A stretch of DNA of 64,000 nt, taken from assembly GCF_009914755.1 (NCBI RefSeq), contig NC_060943.1; one strand, given 5' to 3'. Origin of the DNA: the human T2T-CHM13v2.0 reference genome, Homo sapiens. The position numbers and the translations under genes are program-made. Below are positions 13,410 through 27,496 of the stretch, piece after piece. Positions within the stretch are counted from its first letter, which is position 1, and each line of letters opens with the position of its first letter. The notes under the pieces are model-generated. The model did not search any database, was not told the origin of the DNA, and worked only from the letters and a program-made list of their open reading frames with translations.

Positions 13410-16400
13410 CTATTTTAACTTCTTACTTTAAAGTAAAATTAGCAAAGTCTTATTGTTTCAACCTGATTTAAATTTTATCTCCCTTTTTTATTATTTAAAG
13501 GTTGGAGTCTTTATCACTGGCCTCAAAGGATGTAGACTTTTTTTTTTTAATAGAGATTTTTATTTTTGTCAGTCACTTTTAAGAGGATTAAAAATGTTGA
13601 TCCCTTTCATATTTCCTCGTCCCTTTAAAAATATTCTATTATGACAAATTTCAAACATATGGAAGAGTGAATCTTGATCACCTATCTGTCTGTACCCTAA
13701 TCCGTTAATCCATTTTTTTCTGATGAATTTCAAATTAAGTTGTGGACATCTGTGTATTTCACCCCTAAATACTTGAGCATATCCCTCATTTAACTTGATT
13801 TCTCTCTTACTTTCTACAATTTTATGCAAATGAGCTGTTTCCCATAGGTTCTGTCTTGATCTTAATCCTTTAAGGGTAAGGGCTAACTTGTGGTTGTGTT
13901 AATGGTCTTCATCGCTGCTGCCTATTTTTTTTTTTTAATTTCCTTAAAACAAAAGGTACTCTCAAAAGGCATATTGCACATGATTAGCAAGATTCAGAAG
14001 GAAGTGGTTAAAGTTTCTTACATGCCTTATACCTATGCTTTTAGTTCTTGTTTTGTATAAGGAATGTTGCATGAGGATATTGGAAAAAAATTTAAAATTA
14101 AGAGTTGAAGGCGGAACCTGATCTATAAGGATCCATTATGTTGAAGCCAAAGAAGCAGGTCTAGCTATTCTAAGTAAGTAGGCTGGAGAGGTGTTTCTTA
14201 ACTCTATCTGGGTTTTGTTTTCCATTTGAAGAAAAATTATTTTAAGCAATTACCATTTTTGATTACTGTAATGACTCCTGTGTCCAAAAATTAATTACGT
14301 TTCTAATTATTAAAATAGAAAAAAAAATCTGTTCAAATTTTGTTATAAATAAAGACCCCAGACTTAACCTCAGTAATGCATTAGTTCTTAGCATAACTTT
14401 TGCATTTTCTGTTGCATAGGCTTTGTGATCTTTAACAGGATTATTTAAGCCTGAAATAATAGAGATACTATTTGGAGATCACTGTTTGACTAAGCCCTGA
14501 ACATTTCCACGAATGTAGCCTTTAGAGAGAGAGGGTTCCTCAAGCTGTAGTTTCTTCCAGAGACATTGCTTGACTCCTCCTGGCCTCCCTTCATAAAGGA
14601 TTTCTACATGGGCTGCATTTTAAGTGATCTTCTACTTTTGTATTTTTAGAAAATAATTCAAAATTTATAAATAGCAACTCTAATCTTAAACTGCTCTCCA
14701 GTATGTCCGCATTTTTATTCCAGAGAGAATTATTAATAAGTTGAAAACTGATTATATTTGACTTGAAATATTGACATTGATCTCTGGTATTGCCTGTTTT
14801 TGAACGTACTGTTCTTTTAATGTACAAAATAGATGTTTTTTGTGAGGAAGTTGTTTTTTTTTCTCCTAAGCATTGTTACCAAAATAAGACTTATTGAATG
14901 GTGACTTTAATACTAGCTTCTTAATATTCATAGAAATATTTAGATATCTAGGCTGGTGTATTTAGTCCTTGAGCATTTGCAGAATTACTTATCTGAAACA
15001 TAAATAAGCTGTTAGTGTTATGTTATTAATAGTGAGTGTTGACTGTCTAGGCACTGTACCAGTCAGTCCTATGGAGACATTCTCCCATTGATTGCTCACA
15101 CCAGTCCTGTTTCCAAAGCCCCTGAATGGTTACATTCAGCTGTACTGTCTTTCAGCAAGTTATACTATTTGTATCAAATTGGTTAGTGAAATCTTGTAGG
15201 TAATAGTCTTTCTTGAAAGTTTTGGAATTGATGTTTTTTGATGCTTCATGAAAAAAATGAGTTTTGAGTTTTGGAACCAAAATAGTAGTTGCTCCATGCT
15301 GGGCAGTGTGTTAGACCTTTTATATTTAATTCTGTTGAACCTGTGAGATAAGTATTAGTCCAATTTTGCCATTGAAGTTACTAAGACTAAGGTGAATTTG
15401 TGTAAATTGCATGTAGAGCTTGGGATTCACTCTCTGGTCTGACTTCAAAGCCATGTTCTTTCTGGTACATAGCCTTGTGCATGAAGTTTTTTTGCCATTT
15501 TATCCATATAAAAATTTTCCAGGAGGAGGATTTTTGCCTTAAACAAAAGAATAAAACATGTTTCGTATTTATTTATAGAAAAGGATTTTTTTTGGGGAAA
15601 GTTATAAAGCAGTTGCACACTAGAAAATGAGAAAGCTTTCATGAAGGAATGCAGGTCAGAAGACCTAGCTAGGTTAAACTCATTGCTTACCTCATCTTGA
15701 TAGAGGAGATCTGGCTTCTTGCTATGTGGTTTTTCCATCTTCCTTCTACTTTGTCTTCTGTAAGAGAAAAATACTGATAAGTGACATTTATTATAGGTTA
15801 TGTAAAATAATATATATGTGAAATTCCTTAAGATCTTAAGACTGAGCTAATTTTTTTTTATTAATTATGCTACTGTTGCTTCAGGGAACTAAGCAGTAAG
15901 CTGAAACCAATTCTGTGATGTTTGTCATTTATATTATCTGGAGAGTTGTTACCTACATTGCAGTTTATCCTGATTTCAATTTGACAATGTCTACATGTTC
16001 TTTTAAATTACTTGCTGAGTTGGTGAATTTTTGTTTCTGTTATTTTTAAAAACTGACAAAATCCTTCTGCTTAAAAAAAATTCAGTGCTGTAGTTTTGCT
16101 TGCAGCCTGTATCTTAGCAGGGAACCCTTTGGAAACCCAGTCTCCAGAGAAAGTTTGACGGGCATCTTGGCATAGGCTGCTGCCTGGTATTACTCAAAAA
16201 GAAGGGCTGTTCATTTCCAGCAGGTGTTAAGAGCTGAGTAAGGCCCATAGCATGGAAATACGATCATCTCTGCCCCTACAGAGTTACATATACCTTTTGG
16301 TTGTTTGAAATTACTTATTTGGTAGCTCTGTTTGATGTAACAAGAAACAGACTCCTAGGCCAAATTGAAACGCCTTTTGTATTATCTCTACTTAATTTCT

Positions 16401-16573
16401 TCTACCCCCAGTTGATTCTCTCTTACCTTAATCACATTATTATGAATAATTGAAGAGCTGATGATGCATTTTTCAGCCTAAGGTTTTCTGATGAGGACTA
16501 AAGCATCTGATCAAATTTCATGTTCATGATTTCAACTTCACAGCCAGTATCTATTCACTCAAAAGCTTTATTA

Positions 16574-16963
<390 letters not shown>

Positions 16964-17203
16964 TTATTTGGTCCAGATAGTCTTGTATCTTAAAAAACAG
17001 TAATTCTCAAAATTTGAGTATTCTGCTTCTAAATGCCAGAGTCCCTGAAGAGTCTTAATTCTTCAATAAATGTATGGTAGAATAATGCCATTGCTAAACT
17101 GTATAAAAACAGGATTTTAAAACTAAAAATAAAACCACATTAATCTTGAATTTGCTAAAATTATGTTTTTGATTAGCTTGTTTTATGATACCTGGCCTAC
17201 TGG

Positions 17204-17282
17204 GCCTCCCAAATTGCTGGGATTACAGGCGTGAGCCACCACACACGACTGAAAGAAGAGATTTAATAAAGCTTTTGAGTGA
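17204..17282 (-). repeat. 79 bp inverted duplication of 16555-16633 (32 bp unique flank + 47 bp Alu 5' end)
   Basis: 17251-17282 is the exact reverse complement of 16555-16586. 17204-17250 matches the reverse complement of 16587-16633 with 5 mismatches. Confidence 0.95.
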
Positions 17283-17630
<348 letters not shown>

Positions 17631-17637
17631 TCAACAG

Positions 17638-17716
17638 GAAGAAGGTAGATAATGACTATAATGCCCTTCGAGAAAGACTCAGCACCTTGCCTGATAAATT
17701 GTCTTATAATATAATG
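17638..17716 (+). CDS. URI1: URI1 coding exon 3 (79 nt; KKVDNDYNALRERLSTLPDKLSYNIM)
   Basis: Acceptor ttttctgtcaacag|G, donor ATG|gtatgt. Open frame, alpha-prefoldin-like sequence. Confidence 0.96.
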
Positions 17717-18696
17717 GTATGTTTGGTGTGTTTCTTTTAAAGTAATAGTTGTTTCTTGTAAACATATTAACTATGTGTCGGTTCACAGAATGTCAGGCTG
17801 ATGGACTGTGTCCAAGGTAACTATGTAGCAAGGAAGATTTGTTTTGTTTTACTTTATAAGAACACAGTAATTGTAGTAATTGTTGGTATTTACCTTTTTT
17901 TTTCAGAATATATATGGTGACACAAATGACATAAATATTAGCACAAAATTGGACATATTTCAAATGGAAACTTACTATATAAAAAATGTAATTATGACAG
18001 AAATATGGTACTAAGTCGTTTCTTGTTAGCCAGAGCAGGAATAGGCCATAATGTTTTGTAATTCACAGAATTAAACCTTAGGACATTGATTTTTATATAA
18101 AAACGTGCTGCTAATTTTTGTTTTAATGATCTTCACATCGACATAGTGATCTGTTCATGAGCCCTGGATTAGAGCCTTTCATTGCATGAATGTTCTTTCT
18201 TATGAAGACTTTGTTCTTTTATACTAGTCCAAGTATTTTGTATATATAGCTAGATAGATCCATTAAAGCTATTTGTTTACTAATTCCTGCTTTGCAAAAG
18301 TGTCTACTTTATTGAAAATAATTTTTAGTTTTCTTTATCAAAAGTATTTTGCATTGACAATGTTTCACTACTAGTTGCTTTCACTTAGATTTGCAAGTGA
18401 ATGAAAAGTATAAACATGCCGAGACAGTACTACTTTCTTTAAGAGCTATATGTAAATATGGTGTGGATTTATTTTCCTGTTTTAACATTGATTTATGAAC
18501 ATAAAGCAATTTTCTTTAGATTTTCCTAGTAAAATTTTAATATAGTGTTGAATTTCTGTGAAGCTGGCATTTTATTTTTCCCAATGTATAAATAAAAAAA
18601 TTCAGTTATGTAAGGCTTTTAATGCGAAGTGTTTTATAAAATGTACTTTTCAGTGTTTTATGTTTTTTCCCTTTTTTCTTTTTTTTTAAACAATAG

Positions 18697-18832
18697 GTAC
18701 CATTTGGCCCTTTTGCCTTCATGCCAGGAAAACTTGTCCATACTAATGAAGTCACTGTTTTACTGGGGGACAACTGGTTTGCAAAGTGCTCAGCAAAGCA
18801 GGCTGTAGGTTTAGTTGAGCACCGGAAAGAAC
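18697..18832 (+). CDS. URI1: URI1 coding exon 4 (136 nt; VPFGPFAFMPGKLVHTNEVTVLLGDNWFAKCSAKQAVGLVEHRKE), prefoldin beta-hairpin region
   Basis: Long pyrimidine tract then aatag|GTA; donor C|gtaggt. Contains the alpha-prefoldin motif VLLGDNWF. Confidence 0.97.
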
Positions 18833-20269
18833 GTAGGTACCCATTTTAAATGATGTTTCTTTGTTGTATATGTATCCATTCACAGATTGCCAAGCTGAAG
18901 GGCTGTTTCTTACCAAAAGTACCTTCCGTGATCTATGAATCCAGGCTGTTTGTGATTCTGTTGAATTGTAGGTAGTTTGAGTAGAACCAACATTTGAGAA
19001 TGAGCTGGAGAATGGAGCATCCGGGTTGGAAATGTCACCTACATTGGCATGTTTTCAGAAGTTACAAAGTTTCAAAGTCATTATGTGATTTTGTAGTTAG
19101 AAGTTGGGAAGACATAAAAATTGGAGTCATTTTATACCTTATAATTTTTTTTTAGTTGCTATTATAGACTTATTTTTGCACTTAATACTTTAGTACACAG
19201 AAATAATGTGTTTTCTCCTTAGTGAACTAAGAGAAATACCTGTTTACATAAGTAGACAATTCTTAAAAATGCTTTTTGGTTTGGAAAAAAAACCATATTT
19301 TCATTTGATAGAGGAGACCAGGTGTGAAAAGGTGCTACCTAAAACAGCACCCTTATCCTTTTTCAGTTGTTTGAGTTCTCTGCATCCCTTTATTAGGGCA
19401 GCTCTTGAGTTTTGTTTATCCGTGCTATTATCTGTAGGTGTATAGAAGCCTACATACACACACACAACACACACTACACATTTTGCAGTTGGATGAGCTA
19501 GCTTGGGTTCTAGCTTAGTTATATTTTAAAATTAGGTTCAGTTTATAATCTGTTGTTATTTCTGTAATACGTATTTAGATTGAGAGTATAATATCCGCCC
19601 TACCTGCTTTTTAACCTTTTAGTTAAATGTGTATTTGAAAATAAATGATGGGAAGATCCTTTTTTATAAATAAGGTCATACTAAACAGAAAACAGCTGAG
19701 TTTTCTAAAGCTGAACTTGATTTCACTTATACATGAATGAGTACTAGAGAACTCATTTACTCAGTGAAATTCTGGGAACTATATTTGGAGACTCTAATTG
19801 CAAATCAACTCCTATAAGTTTATAATTGATATATATTTTGATCTTTTGTGACACTAATCAGAATCTTATTGTTAGGCCTGTATGTAATTTCTGGCAATGA
19901 TAAATCTTTTGGCTTTGCTGCATTATTTTTGTCATGTACATTAGCGAAAGAGAATGGGCATACTTTTTTCTTAAAGACCTTACTGAAGACGAAGCCTCTC
20001 TTTATATACTGAAGTAGCTCTGATGTTATGAAATGAATCCATAGCCTGTTGAAGTTTGTTCACATTGATTTTCATATTTCAGTGAAAAAAATCTTTATAA
20101 TTAGTTATAACTTAAAATATTAATGGGAATACTTATACTACAATAGAATAGAGCTCTAGAGTAGAGAAACATGTTTTTGTAAATCACTTTCTAGTAGTTA
20201 AATATGGTTTTGGAAAGTGACCAAACATAGATGACTTTTGGGATCAATATTTATCTAAAATAATTTTCA

Positions 20270-20599
<330 letters not shown>

Positions 20600-21525
20600 T
20601 TACGTAAAGCTCTTTTATTCACATGGTTTTATAATTTATACCTGAAGAAAATACTTAGGTATATTGTTGTACTTCACATTTATTAAGAAAAGGTACTTTA
20701 TTTTTCTTAAGGCAGAGGAAATATAACCAGTTAAACACATAGTCATCTATGTCATGGTTGATTGGGGTAATTGGGGAAGGTCTGAGTTACAACACGGGTC
20801 ATGATTTGTTTAGCCAGCACCACAGTCAGGACACGGAATAGGATACAAGATACTGCTCTCAGGACTCAGCTCCTATCAAAACCTCCCTCACACTGCCCCT
20901 TGGTGGTCACACCCTACGGCTGCCTACTGCTGAAGGATTGACGACTTCACGTCTGTGTCTTTTGAGATTAGCTTCTTCACTTGCTGTAACGCCTCATCCA
21001 GGTGGTTCTGTGTATTCAAAGTTCATTTCTTTTATTGCTGAGGAGTGTTCCGTTACATGCATATCTATTAAATGCACGTACAGCAGTTTTTCCATTCACC
21101 TTTTGAGGGACATTTGGGTGCTTCCATTTTTTGGCGGTTAGGAACAGAGCTGCTGTAAGCCTTTGTGTACAGGTTTTTGTGCGAACATACATTTTTATTG
21201 CTGTTGGTAAATACCTACAAGTGAGATTGTTAGATCATATGATAAATGTATGTTCAATTTTTAAGAGACTACCAAGCTGTTTTCCAAAGTGGCTGTATGA
21301 TTTACATCTCTTTCAGCAGTGTGTGATAGTGGTATCTTTGCGTCTCTACCAGCCCTCAATATTGTCAGTTTAAGAAGTGTAGCCATTTGAATAGGTGTAT
21401 AGTGATTTTAGTTTGCATCATTGCCTAATGATGTTGAGCATTGATTCATGCACTTATTTTATCTTTGTGTCCTCTTTTACCTGTTGAACTCTTTTGCCCA
21501 TTTTAAAATATTGGGTTATATATGC

Positions 21526-21828
21526 TTTTTTTTTTTTATTTTTTGAGATGGAGTCTCACTCTGTCGCCTAGGCTGGAGTGCAGTGGGGCGATCTTGGCTC
21601 ACTGCAACCTTAGCCTCCGAGGTTCGAGCAATTCTCCTGCCTCAGCCTCCTGAGTAGCTGGGATTACAGACATGCGCCACCATGCCCGGCTAATTTTTTT
21701 GTACTTTTAGTAGAGATGGGGTTTCACCATGTTGGTCAGGCTGGTCTTGAACTCCTGACCTCAGGTGATCCACCCGCCTCAGCCTCTGAAAGTGCTGCGA
21801 TTACAGGCGTGTGCCATCGCACCTGGCC
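21526..21828 (-). mobile_element. AluS-type SINE with TSD tgggttatatat
   Basis: Full Alu. TSD at 21512-21523 and 21829-21840. Confidence 0.94.
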
Positions 21829-21845
21829 TGGGTTATATATTTTCT

Positions 21846-22151
21846 TTCTTTTTTTTTGAGATGGAGTCTCACTCTGTCGCCCAGGCTGGAGTGCAGTGGC
21901 GCGATGTCAGTTCATCGCAACCTCCGCCTCCCGGGTTCAAGTGATTCTCCTGCTCAGCCTCCTGAGTAGCTGAGATTACAGGTGCGTACCACCACGCCCG
22001 GCTAATTTTTGTATTTTTAGTAGAGACAGGGTTTCACCATGTTGGTCAGGCTGGTCTTGAACTCCTGACCTCATGATCTGTCCGCCTTGTGGTCCACCCA
22101 CCTTGGCCTCCCAAAGTGCTGAGATTACAGGTATGAGCCACCGCACCCCGC
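21846..22151 (-). mobile_element. AluS-type SINE, tandem with the previous one, with a short internal duplication near 22074-22105
   Basis: Full Alu body flanked by tatattttct. Duplicated segment tgatctgtccgccttg / tggtccacccaccttg. Confidence 0.92.
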
Positions 22152-22605
22152 TGCATTGTATATTTTCTTACTGTCGTTTTGAGAGTTTTTTTTTTTTAAT
22201 ATATTCTGGATTTATGTTAAATAGGTGATGTGCAAATATTTTCTCCCACTTTGCATCTTGTCTTTTCATTCTCTTAACAGTGTCTTTCCAGAGCAAGTTT
22301 TTAATTATGAAGTTCAGCTTTTAGCTTTTTTTAATGGATCATATGTGTGGTGTCATATCTAAGAACGCTTTACCTAACCTTAGTTGTTGAAGATTTTCTT
22401 CTGTGTTTTCTTCTGAAAGTTTTATACTTTGATATTTTACAATTAGATCTGTGATTGATTTTAAGTTAATTTTTGTTTGAGGTGTGGGGTTTAGGTCACG
22501 GTTCATTTTTCTTGCATATGGATGTCCAGTTGCTCCAATACTATGTTGAAAATACTGTTCTGTCTCCATTGAAATGACTTTGCACCTTTGTCAAAATGAA
22601 TTGGC

Positions 22606-23312
22606 AACAAGACCATCTTAGATACCACACTAGGATGGTTATAATAAAAAAGACAGTAACACTTGTTGGTGAGGATGTGAAAAAATTGGAACCCTCATTC
22701 ATTGCTGGTGGGACTGTAAACTGGGGAAGCCACTTTGGAGAACAGTTTGGAATTTTTCAGCAAGTTAAACATTGTGTTTTACTGTGATCTAGCAGTTCCA
22801 CACCTAGATAGTATTCTACCCAAGGGAAATAAAAATGTATGTCCACAAATACTTGTACATGAATATTAAGAGCAGCACTGCTTATAGTAGCCGAAACATG
22901 GAAACAACCTAAATGTCTATCAACTAATAACAGGTGAATAAGTGTCGTACATCCATACAGTGGAATGTTGTTTGGCAATAAAAAGATGTGTACCTTGAAA
23001 ACATTAGAATAAATTAAAGAAACCAGTCACAAAAGACCATATATTGTATGATTCCATTTACATGAAATATTCAGAAAAGGTAAATTTATAAAAGAAAGGA
23101 GAGTAGTGGCTGCTTAGGGCCAGGAAGGTGTGAGAGAGAATGGAGAGTGACTGCTAAAGAGTATGGAGATTTTTAGGGGCAATGAAAATACAAAAATACA
23201 GATTTTGGTAATGGTTGCACAACCCTTTGAATATACGAAAACCATCAAATTGTACATTTTAAATGGGTGAATTGTATGTTATGTGAATTATAACTTAAAT
23301 TGTTAAAAAACA
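22606..23312 (+). mobile_element. L1M-type 3' end in sense orientation, nested inside the antisense L1
   Basis: L1 ORF2 C-terminus-like ORF 22596..22787 (VGEDVKKLEPSFIAGG) and 3'UTR ending in A-rich ttaaaaaacaaa. aaatgaat on both sides, and the host L1 resumes after it. Confidence 0.8.
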
Positions 23313-24415
23313 AATGAATGAGCCATTTTGTGTAATTGTGTTTTTGGACCATCTGTTCTGTTTCTTTATCTATGTGTCTGTCTCTTTGCTGATGCCACTC
23401 TGTTTTGATTACTGTAGCATTATAGTGTTCCTTACAGTGTTCCTTAAAGTTGGTAGTACGGGTGCTCTAAGTTTATTCTTTCCAAATTGTTTTGGCTGTT
23501 CTACCTCCTTTGCCTTTCCATATACATTTTAGAAACCACTCGCTTATGTTTACAAAAACTCCTAGTGGGATTTTGATTGGAATCGCACTAAATCAACACA
23601 TTAATTTGGGGAGAATTGACCTCTTAACTATTAAATCTTCCAGTGTGTAAATACTTACAGCCTGTAAATACAGTGTATCTCTGTATTTAGGACTTCTTTA
23701 ATCAGTTTTGTAGTTTTTGAGCATACAGGTCATATGCGTTTTGTTAGGTTTATATCTAAGTGTTTCACCTTTTGTGGAGCTGTTGTAAATGATGGCATTT
23801 TAAAATCTTGTTTTTCAAGTGTTCTAGTATATAGAAATAACTCTTTTTAAAAAAGAATTAACATTGTATCCTCCATTCATGCTGACCACATTTGTTCTCT
23901 GAACTTTTTTGGGGTAGATTCCATGGGATTTTCTATGTAGACAATCATGCCTTTTGTAAATAGCTCCTATTTTTTTTTATTCCTTTCCAAGGTGTATACA
24001 CTTCATTTCTTTTTCTTGCCTTACTTCCTTGGCTAGGACTTGCAGTATAATATTGAATAGGAGTGGTAAGAGTAGGTAGGTGTCTTTGTCTTGAAACTGA
24101 TCTTCTGGGGAAAAATTTGGCATTTTATTGTTAAGTGTGTGTTAGCTGTAGGTTTTTTAAAAAAATTAATACTCCCTATAAGTTTAGGGAACTTTCTACC
24201 TGGTTCTAATTTGCGGATTTTTTAAATGAAAATATGTTGAATTTTGTCCAATGTATTTTCTGCATCTATTGATATGATCTTGTAGTTTTTCTTCTGTATC
24301 TGTTAATGTGGTGGATTATATTGATTGATTTTTCTTCCCTGGATGAACCGCATTTGATCATGGTGTATTCTTTCATGTATTACTGGATTTGATACATTGA
24401 GCTTTTTTTGTTTAA

Positions 24416-24784
<369 letters not shown>

Positions 24785-26470
24785 TAAAGTGAGTTTCTTA
24801 TAGGCAGCATGGATCTTTCCTTTTTAATTGATTCTGATAATTTCAGTCTTTTAATTGATGTACTTAGACCATTTACATTTAATGTAATATGTTTGGATTC
24901 AGGTTTGGCATTCCCCCGTTTTTGTTCCTCTTGTTACCCTTTCTTGTCCTCTTTTAGATTATTTAATATTTTTAGTATCTTATTACTCTGTTGTTGCTGA
25001 AATAGGAACTTCTTAAAGTATTTTTAATGTTACAAATTAGGGATTAATGTATTTCACGTGAACTTAAAAGTTTTACTCTAAATACTTGCTTTGAGATTTG
25101 CTGAATTCTTTTTTACGTTAGAGAGCAATTTTTGGCTTAGAAAGGAGTACATCTTCAATGAGACTAAGTGAAAAGACCAGGATTTAATCAGAGGTTTCTA
25201 CAGTATAGACAAGTTTTTGGTAATTTTGTTTCTGCATGTCTCTGTAATCTACTTTTGAACACCGGTATATAGAATGACTTGAAATTCTAGTATCTAGGCA
25301 CCATGTCTTAGAATTTTTGGCTGTGACAACAGGCATTTGGCCACATTTCTAGTCATTAGTCCAGTGATTAATGTTAAACAGTTTTACTTATAGGATGATC
25401 TTAATAGATTTTCCTTTCAAAGATAATATGGGGAGAATTATTTTACCGTGTGTCTTTTGTTCAGAATTGTATCTGACACATTTATTTTATCTTATTTTTA
25501 CTTTTGTCTTAAAAATGCATACTTAGTCTTCATTTTTACAATAAAGTTATTTTTATTAAATGGAAGAGTGGACATGAAGGGATAAGAGCATGAACTAGGG
25601 GTAATGGCTATAGGCTTAGAGAAGAGATCAGAAGCAGGAAGAATTTCTGAGCCTGATAGGACTTGGCAACTGATTGAATGTGAAGGTTGAGGGGAAGCAT
25701 TGGATGAGTGGTGACCTAGAGGCAATGTTGTTGACATAATCAAGTAAGTTTGTAGATCACTGCACACTGCTTTCCCTCTACCAGAGAGTAAAATGCACAT
25801 AGGCACGTTACTTAGAAGCCCTGTAATGAAAAATATCCCTTTAGTCTTGTTTAATGTTGTGGTTCCCAAACTTACTTGATTTTGAGAAACTTTTAAAATG
25901 TAATGTCTGTTATCTTACAGAGCATTCTAAAGAAAATCTTGATTTAGGAATACATTTTTAGGCAGATTTCAGAAGAAAGTGGGTGATAAGACGTTAGCAC
26001 CGAATACAGCTTTTTTTTTTAAGTGATAGGAGAAGAAAGATTGTATGAGGTGCATCAGGTCATTCACAAGATGGGCTTTTTTAAAAATTATTTTTTTAGT
26101 AGGTTATATATGGACATGATACAAAATCTAAAGGATATTTATTAAAAAACAACTATGCTTCCTTTTCTTGTTCTTTAACATCCAGTTTACCTCCCTGGAG
26201 GCATCGCTGTTATCAGTATCTTACTCATTATTCCAGGGATATTCTGTGCATTTACAGCCATAGACTTATGCATTCCTACCCCACCCTATACACCTCCACT
26301 CAAATTGTAGGCACACTTTTATTTTTTTGTTTTGGCAGCTTGCTGTCTTATTCTTTTCATGGCTATATAGTATTATATTGTACTCTATTTAGCCAGTCCT
26401 TTACTGATAGGCCTTTAGATCGTCTTCCTTTTTTTTTGCTGTTAAAATCAATGCTGCAGTGAATAACCTC

Positions 26471-26499
26471 TGTGTGTATGTGTGTGTGTGTGTGTGTGT
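26471..26499. repeat. (TG)n microsatellite
   Basis: tgtgtgtatgtgtgtgtgtgtgtgtgtgt. Confidence 0.85.
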
Positions 26500-27196
26500 A
26501 TCATTTGTACTTGTGTGTATCTGTAGTATAAATGACTTAAGATACAATTGCTGGCATGAAGTGAAGTAGATTTTTAACTTTGACAGTGCTGGCTTTAACA
26601 GACTGACTACACCTTTGCCAACCCAATGTGTTTGCAAACTTGTTTTGAAACTGATACCTTATTGTAGGCCCCCTGGCACTGCTAACTAGCTAACTTACTG
26701 TCTTTTCCTCCTTTTCCTCCCCTCCCCTCCCTTCCCTTCCCCTCATTCACATGGTTGGTCAGCTATAACCACCATCCATCTCCAGATATTTTTCATCTTC
26801 TCAAATTAAAACTGTACCAGTTAGGTGATAACTCCCCATTTTTTCCTTCCTCCCCCCATCCCCTGGTAACCACTATTCTACTTTCCATATGAATTTGGCT
26901 ATTCTAGATACCTTACATAAGTGGAATCCTACAGCATTTGTCCTTTTGTGTCTGGATTATTTCACATAGCATAATGTTTTCTAGGTTCATCTGTGTTGTA
27001 GCACGTGTCAGAATTTCCTTTTTTTTAAGGATGAACAATATTTTATTTTGTGAATAATGTGAATTATTCTGTTCGCTATTGTGAATAGTGCTGCTATGAA
27101 TATAGGTATACAAATATTTATTTAGTTCCCTGCTTTAAATTATTTGGGGTGTATATCTGAAAGTGGAATTGCTGGATCATATGGAAATTCTGTGGA

Positions 27197-27496
27197 TTTT
27201 TTTTTTTTTTTTTGAGGCAGGGTCTCACTCTGTTGCCCAGGCTGGGAGTGCAGTGGTGCAATCTTGGCTCACTGCAGCCTCCGCCTCCCAGGTTCAAGAG
27301 CCTTCCTGCCTCAGCCTCCTGAGTAGCTGGGACTACAGGTGTGCACCACCATGCCCGACTAATTTTTTGTATTTTTAGTAGAGACAGGGTTTCACCATGT
27401 TGGCCAGGCTGATCTTGAACTCCTGACCTCAGGTGATGCATCTGCCTCAGTCTCCCAAAGTGCTGGGATTACAGGTGTGAGCCACCACGCCCGGCC
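27197..27496 (-). mobile_element. Alu SINE
   Basis: Poly-T plus full Alu body. Confidence 0.94.
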